Below are positions 44,930 to 51,523 of a stretch of 51,523 bases of DNA, piece after piece. Each line of letters begins with the position of its first letter. The first letter of the stretch is position 1. The translations under genes were made by a program, and so were the position numbers. The notes beneath the pieces were generated by a model. It made no database searches and was not told where the DNA came from. It saw only the letters and a program-made list of their open reading frames with translations. The stretch is from Chiloscyllium plagiosum (taxonomy: Eukaryota): contig NC_057718.1 of NCBI RefSeq assembly GCF_004010195.1, positions 63,967,905-64,019,427 on the forward strand, read 5' to 3'.

Positions 44930-47900
44930 AAACATAGAAAATAGGAGTAGCAGTAGGCCATTCGGCTTGATCCACCAATCAAAGTGATCATCCAACTCAG
45001 TATCCTGTTCCCACTTCCTACCATACCCTATAAGGTGCCTTTAGACCTATGATCTATGACTAAATCTTTCTTGAAAACATTCAAGGTTTTGGTCTCAACC
45101 GCTTTTTGTGGCAGTCAGTTTCACAGGCTCACCACTCTCTGAGTGAAGAAGTTTCTACTCATCTTAGTCCTAAATAGTCTACACCATGTCCTTAGATTGT
45201 GACCTTTGATTCTGGTCTCTCTCGTCACAGAGTCAGAGACTCATACAGCACAGAAACAGATCCTTTGGACCAACTCGTCCGTGCCAATCAAGTTTCCGAA
45301 ACTAAACTAGACCCACTTTCCTGTGTTTGGCCCAGATAGAGTCATAGAGTCATACAGCATGGGAACAGACCCTTTGGTCCAACCAGTACTTGCTGAAGAT
45401 ATTTCCAAACTAGACTAGACCCACCTACCTGCTCCTGACCCATATTCCTCCAAACCTTTCCTATTCATGTACCTATACAAAAGTCTTTTAAACATTGTAA
45501 TTGTACCCACATCTACCACTTACTCAAGAAGTTCATTCCACATGCAAAATACTCAAGGTAAACATTTTGCTTCCCATCCCTTCTTTAAAATCTCTCCCTT
45601 CTCACATTAAAAATGTGCCCCCAGTCTCAAAATCCCCCATCCTAGGGAAAAGACAGCTACTATTAGCTCTATTTTATAAACTTCTATCAGGTCACCTTGC
45701 AATCTCTTGCACTCCAATGAAAAATGCCCCAGCCTATCCAGCCTTTCTTTATAACTCAAACCTTCCATACTCAGCAACATCCTGTTAAATCTCTTTGATA
45801 CCCTCTCCAGCTTAATAATATGCTTCCTATAAGTGGGCAAACAGAACTGGACACAGTATTCCAGAAGAGGCCTCACCAATGTCCTGTACAACCTCAACAT
45901 GACTTCCCAACTCCTATACTCAAATGATTGAACAATAAAGGCAAGAGTGCCAAATGCCCTTTTCACACTCTATCTATATGTGATGCAAACTTCGAAGAAT
46001 TATGTACCTGTACCCCCAAGTCCCTCTGATCTACAACACTAGCCAGGGCATGACCATTAATTGTATAAGTCCTACCCTTGTTTGTTGTACCAAAATGCAA
46101 TACCTCACATTTATCCAGATTGAACTCCATCTGCCATTTTTCAGCCCATTGACCCATTTGATCAAGATCCCTTTGTAATCTTAGAAAATCTTCTTCATTG
46201 TCTACTATGCCAAAAATGTTGGTGTCATCCACAACTTACTAACCACACCTTCTATACTCTCATCCAAATCATTTATATAAGTGACAAACAAAAGAGGACC
46301 CAGTACATACCACTGTGGAACATCACTGATCACAGGCCTCCGGCCCGAAAAGCAACCTTCCACCATTACTCCATGTCTTGCCATTATGCCAATTATGTAT
46401 TCAATTGGCAAGCTCACCCTGAATTCCATGCGACCTAACTTTACTAAATAGTCTTCGAACTGGAACCTTGTCAATGGCTTTCCTGAAGTCCAAAAAAAAA
46501 ATACCCATTGCTCTGCCATTATCAATCTTGATGGTAACTTCCTCAAAAAAACTCAAACAAGTTTATGAGACATGACTTTTCTTGCATAAAACCGTGCTGA
46601 CTATCTTTAATCAGTTTTTGCCTCTCTAAATGTCCATAAATCCTATCTTTTATAATCACCTCCAACAAATTACCCACAACTGAAGTCAGACTCACAGGTC
46701 TATAGTTCCCCAGTTTCTCCTTACAACCTTTCTTAAACAAAGGTACAACATTAAGTACCTTAGTCATCAGGATCATCCTTCCTGCATTTACCTTCTCGGA
46801 TCCTGTCAGAATTTTAGAGGTTTCTATGAGATCCTTTCTTATTCTTTGAAATGCAAATGTATATAGTTTTCACAGATCCAATATCTCTTTGTACCATAGC
46901 CCTGCAATCCCAAGAACCAGTCTGGTAAACCGCCATTGCACTCCCTCTATAGCCAGAACATTCTTCCTCAGATTAGGAGACCAATACTGAACACAGTACT
47001 CCAGGTGTGTTCTAGCCAAGACATCCATCAATTCCTATATAATTACAGCAGGACCTCCACGCTTCTATTCTCAAATCCTCTCGCTATGAAGATGAACACA
47101 CCATTTCCCTTCTTCACTGCCTGAGCAATTGTATGTTTACTTTCAACGACTAGCATACAAGGACACCAAGTTCTCATTGCACATCCCCCTTTTCCCGATC
47201 TATTGTCATTCAGATAATAGTCTGCTTTCCTGTTTTTTTTCGACCAAAGTGAATCACCTCTCATTTATCCATATTATACTGTATCTGCCATGCATTTATC
47301 CACTCACTCAACTTGTCCAAATCACACAGCAAAATATTTGCATCCCACTCATATCTCACCCAGCTATGCGTAGTCTCTGCAAACTTGGAGATATTACACT
47401 TGCTTCCCTCAGCTAAATCACAAATACATATTGTGAAAGCTGGGGTGCAAGCACTAATCCTTGTAACACTTCACTGCCTGTCACCTGGAAAAAGACGTGT
47501 TTATTTCTCCTTTTTGTTTCCTGTCTATCAGCCAGTTCTCTATCTATATCAGTTCATTATGCCCAATCCCATGCACTCTTAATTTGCTCTTATGTGAGAC
47601 TTTATCAAAAGCCTTCTGAAAGTCTAAATAAACACCACATATAGATTCCTTTTATCAAATCTACCAGTTATATCCTCGAAAAATTCCTGTAAATTTAATG
47701 AATGCAATTTCCCTTTCATAAATCTATGCTGACTCTGTCCAATCTTTTCTTGTTTTCCAAGTGCTCCATTATTAACTATTTTATGATGGACTCTAGCATT
47801 TTCCCTACTATCAATGTCAGGATAACCAGTTTATAATTCCTTGTTTTCTCTCTACCTCCTTTTTTAATAGTGGACTTACATTGGCTACCCTCCCATTTTT

Positions 47901-47945
47901 TGGAACTGTTCCAGAGTTCATAAAATCTTGAAAGATAATATGCAG
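44930..47945 (-). mobile_element. Old CR1 LINE (44930-45227 and 46767-47945) hosting a younger CR1
   Basis: 3' UTR at 44930-45060. Minus-strand KKGGREKTRNYKLVILTLIVGKMLESIIK and FIARGFE.RS.EVLL. The host resumes across a GTCA duplication. Confidence 0.88.
45228..46762 (-). mobile_element. 5'-truncated CR1 LINE with a second CR1 3' tail stacked at 45228-45336
   Basis: NVVPLFKKG..NYRPVSLTS, DVPQ..VLGPLLFVTYINDLD, DDTN, LYRTLVRPLLEYCVQF. GTCA at 45224-45227 and 46763-46766. Confidence 0.93.
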
Positions 47946-47959
47946 TTTCAATACCTTTT

Positions 47960-48785
47960 CTGAAGTTTCCTAAGGCATTTCTATTACTACAATAGTGTCT
48001 TATTGCAATAACAGCTATGATGAAATATACAAATATATATATGTACTTTAATATCATTTATTGTGAGTTTGTTTCCTTGGAATTTTAAGTTAACATATGG
48101 ATTTGTTTTGAGTTAATATATTTTAAAAGTATTACCAAAATTCCTGGGTTCTTTGGAATTAGTCTTTCTCTCTCTCTCTCAGTCTTCCACTTGGAATTGA
48201 GTTGGACTGGATCTTGCTAGAAGTACAGCACTTTCTTAGATTAGTAATACTATTAATAAGCGGCACCAGGGTGTACTGATTCAGACCCACAGCTGTTGTT
48301 TTAGTTCAATGTATGAACAGTGAGTGGATCATTACTACTGTGTGTTTAAAAATATTTGAATCTGTATTAGAAGGGAATAAAGAGGGCTCTTTTTACACTT
48401 GTATATCTTCATTTCTGTTGTTCATAAACTTTTGTTTTGTTTTATTGTTAGGCAAACATTGTGTGATTATGTTTTAATAAAAGATCATTTTGGTAAATGT
48501 TTTTAAAAATTATGATCTACCCAGCCAGGTTCCTGTTGGGAATCTGACTTATCCTGTAGTATAATTCACTGTACATTCCCCATAATAATTGGGGTCACAA
48601 GATCATAACAACTGGGATCTCATCATCCATGATCTTTGAATTAATGACGAGAAATTGATGCTGAGACATAAAGCAGTTGTTTTGTGGTGAAGTTTACTGT
48701 GTGACATTTGAAAAAAGCTTGGAATGTGGTGAGTTTCCTGGAAGTGGAAGATATAACAAAGCATGTTATTTCCTTTATGATAGTA
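47960..48785 (+). mobile_element. Gypsy 5' end: LTR, decayed primer-binding site and start of gag
   Basis: The LTR ends GATCATAACA (48610) and is followed by TGGGATCTCATCATCCATGAT, resembling the tRNA-Pro PBS TGGGGGCTCGTCCGGGAT. SFLEVEDIT at ~48732 resembles a shark Gypsy gag N-terminus. Confidence 0.5.
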
Positions 48786-48789
48786 GCCT

Positions 48790-49697
48790 TTGTAAAAACC
48801 ATATCTTTATATTTTTCTGTATTTTTCATTATGGATTGAAATGGGGAAAGGGCTGGTTTAACAGTCAAGGAGTATTGAAGAAGTGCTTCAATTTTTAAAA
48901 GCAAGTAAACTGACACATTGTAAATGCTGTTTACAAAACTGTTGGTTGAAGAAGTACAGAATGCCTCAGTGCAGACAAGCTGGAGCTAGAAGACTGTATA
49001 CAAATGAATATTTGGCCAGCACAAGTAGCTAATGAGTTTTGTGAAGTCGTGACCAGTTATTGATGATAAAGGCCTCCTGCCTGCCAACAATAATGCCATT
49101 GACTCCAAGGTAGCTCAACAGCTTGTGAGTACAAATGGTCATTTCAGAGCCATTGGACTTCTGGAAGGAAAGGAGCTGTTTTTGTTCGACAGTAAAAAGC
49201 ATTTTAAGCCTGAATGTAGCCAATTTCTTTATCGTCATCAGTTTCTGTAAGCTATGACGTTTGGTTCTGAACCAGTCACCATTTGTCGACTGGAGAGGGA
49301 AGATCAGGAATCACATTCTGATAATCAAAATGATTGTCTCAGCTAACCCTGTGGACTGAGACTGTCAAAACTGCTTTCCCCGTCTTTCCTTCCACCAAGA
49401 CCACCCATTTTCCTTGGGTCTGCCTGTCTCTGACTGTCTGTATGTGTGTGTAGAGGGAATGTTTTGTGAGAGGTTTAGAGTTTTAACCAGGAGAGTTATA
49501 TGTCAATGATTCACAATTGTTTATAAATAGAATCCTTGTTAAGTACAGAAATCTGGTCCATGTTTTCTGTCAATCTAGGTCCAAAAAACTGGTAAATTGG
49601 AGAATTTTGTGTATTTTTATAAAATCTTTACTTTTTGTGCCGACTCTGGGAGTAAACAGTTTTGATTTCCAGCATGCTATCCCGGTGAAGTGTAACC
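48790..49697 (+). repeat. Solo LTR-like repeat (copy 2 of the family at 22181-23087)
   Basis: Colinear similarity over ~900 bp. Starts TGTAAAAACC and ends GTGTAAC. Confidence 0.75.
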
Positions 49698-49810
49698 CTT
49701 TTCTCCTTTGTTGTTTAGGCATCCTTCTTTTTGCTCATTAAAAATAACAACTTTCTTGAATTTTCTATTCATTCAGTTTCCTTATTGATTCCCATGTGAC
49801 CATTTCAATA

Positions 49811-50080
49811 CATAGAACATAGAACATAGAAGAATACAGCGCAGTACAGGCCCTTCGGCCCTCGATGTTGCGCCGATCCAAGCCCACCTAACCTACACTA
49901 GCCCACTATCCTCCATATGCCTATCCAATGCCCGCTTAAATGCCCATAATGAGGGAGAGTCCACCACTGCTACTGGCAGGGCATTCCATGAACTCACGAC
50001 TCGCTGAGTAAAGAACCTACCCCTAACATCTGTCCTATACCTACCCCCCCTTAATTTAAAGCTATGCCCCCTTGTAATAG
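49811..50080 (-). mobile_element. Very young short CR1 3' fragment
   Basis: TRGHSFKLRGGRYRTDVRGRFFTQRVVSSWNALP is open, the sequence is CpG-rich, and the tail is (CATAGAA)3 on +. Confidence 0.96.
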
Positions 50081-50083
50081 CAT

Positions 50084-51126
50084 GTAACTCTGTGTGTGAG
50101 ATGGTAAACGTATCTGCTGGGGCTGCTGCTTCAGAGTTTTGATTCTTGATGCTCATCTAAATGCATTTTAAAAATTGACAGAGTACTGTTTCAGATTTCT
50201 TCTATATGATTTTCTTCAGTTTCTCAGATTTTTTCTCTCATTTTGTGTTTAAAACTGCTGATTCCATAGTATTTCTTTCCAGGTAAATTCTACAATATTT
50301 TATTAAGTTTCTTTCTTGTCGTAAAATATTTTAATTGATGACCTTCAAAGACAAACTCACAAGCATTGAATATGCTCTTTAAACAATTATATAGTCTGCA
50401 GATTACTCTTCTGACATACCTATATTCATGGGTACACCCATTAGGACACTCATCACATTGAGGTCCATACACCTTCTGTTCACTTCACCTGTACAGCAAT
50501 CTTTTTAATATTAGAATCCATCGAATCATAGAGTTCCTACAGTGTCGAAGCAGGCCATTCAGTCCATAGAGTCCATACTGATCCTCCAAAGAGGACCCCA
50601 CCCAGACCCACTCCCATTCCCCTACTCTGTCCCTGCATTTGCAATGGCTAATCCACCTAGGCTGCACATCTTTGGACAGTGGGAGAAAACTGAAGCACCT
50701 CGAGGAAACCCATGTAGACATGGGGAGAATGTACAAACTCCACCCAGACAATCACCCGAAGGCAAAATTGAACCTTTGTCTCTAGTGCTGGGAGGCAGCA
50801 ATGTTAACCACTGAGCCACCATGCGGCAATTCCATCCTTTGTAAATTTAAGCTCTAAATGCAAATTGGAATCAGAATCATTCTTTGAGATATTACCTCTT
50901 CATTCTTCCTTTAATTTAAGCTTTTCTCCTTCCTAGTCATGTCTGTCTTTATTCTCTTCGGAATTCAACATTTTTAAATTCCCTATTTCCAGTTCTTTTC
51001 CTTTCTTTGCTATTGCCAAATCTCTTTGTTTTTCTTTCTCCTCACTTTCTAATTCAACCTTTCTTATTTCCAGTTTTCTTCTCCTTACTTTCTCCACTCT
51101 TTCTATTTCTTTTATCTCTGTTTTAT
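50084..51126 (-). mobile_element. Decayed Gypsy gag (coiled-coil plus capsid/SCAN-like region), split by a SINE
   Basis: Minus strand: RKLEIRKVELESEEKEKQR, then KIAVQVK*TEGVWT..SVLMG..SEE*SADYIIV.KSIFNACEFV.EG and HLDE..AA.ADTFTISH. This matches the recalled gag pattern KIA..MKWP..W..LLQSVL.G..Y..VK.AIL.AYELVPEAY..HL.E..AA.LAD.Y.L.H. Confidence 0.8.
50523..50828 (-). mobile_element. HE1 SINE
   Basis: Reverse complement of TGGCTCAGTGGTTAAC..GGTTCAATTT..V-domain..tail. Confidence 0.92.
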
Positions 51127-51523
51127 AGACCCATAGAATCATAGAGATGTACGTCATGGAAACAGATCCATGCCGACCAGATATCCCAACCCAATCTAGT
51201 CCCACCTGCCAGCACCCGGCCCATATCCCTCCAAACCCTTCCTATTCATATACCCATCCAAATGCCTCTTAAATGTTGCAATTATACCATCCTCCAATGG
51301 CAGCTCATTCCATACATGTACCACTTTCTGTGTGAAAATGTTGCCCCTTAGGTCCCTTTTATATCTTTCCCCTCTCACTCTAAACCTATGCCCTCTAGTT
51401 CTGGATTCCCCGATCCCAGGGAAAAGGCTTTGTCTATTTATCCTATCCATGCCCCTCATAATTTTGTAAACCTCTATAAGGTCACCCCTCAGCCTCTGAC
51501 ACTCCAGGGAAAACAGCCCCAGC
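51127..51523 (-). mobile_element. CR1 LINE 3' end (runs off the window)
   Basis: MRGMDRINRQSLFPG.GESRTRGHRFRVRGERYKRDLRGN; near-identical to 24970-25390. Confidence 0.96.

Noticed and set aside
22181..49697. A single giant LTR element bounded by the two similar LTRs
   Set aside because: The first LTR lies cleanly within a CR1 that continues on both sides, and the copies are too diverged.
50290..50492. Laminin-EGF-like exon VYGPQCDECPNG with donor AG|GTATGT on the minus strand
   Set aside because: Other frames of the same DNA give colinear Gypsy gag motifs, and there is no polypyrimidine acceptor.
50933..51205. Charged coiled-coil ORF as a host gene
   Set aside because: It is a chimera of a CR1 tail and the Gypsy gag N-terminal coiled coil.

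Overview
This is eukaryotic, repeat-saturated genomic DNA with three N-gaps, almost certainly from a shark. The HE1/V-SINEs, their partner CR1 LINEs, the Deu-domain SINE and the (TAATC)n SINE tails are as I recall them from bamboo sharks (Chiloscyllium); the species assignment is inference. The window is intronic or intergenic. I find no intact protein-coding gene, and the ORF-track entries I can assign are decayed transposon frames or low-complexity artefacts. It holds about 15 CR1 LINE pieces (two near full length), about 12 Penelope-like element (PLE) pieces from at least 3 families, five near-complete HE1 SINEs, and decayed Gypsy LTR retrotransposons with several solo LTRs. It also holds a probable decayed PIF/Harbinger element, a TA-flanked Tc1/mariner-type MITE carrying a G-rich 16-bp minisatellite, and an ancient Deu-SINE. 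The most interesting signal is about 10 minimal hammerhead-ribozyme cores (CTGAnGA-stem II-GAAA-palindrome) at PLE ends. Two have intact cores, and one pair lies in a 56-bp inverted repeat with a core on each strand. Other points are deep nesting of insertions, a possible twin-priming inversion in a CR1, a microhomology-mediated RT deletion, a few candidate + strand micro-exons and a CTCF-like site. Family names come from recalled motifs, not database searches, and boundaries are approximate.
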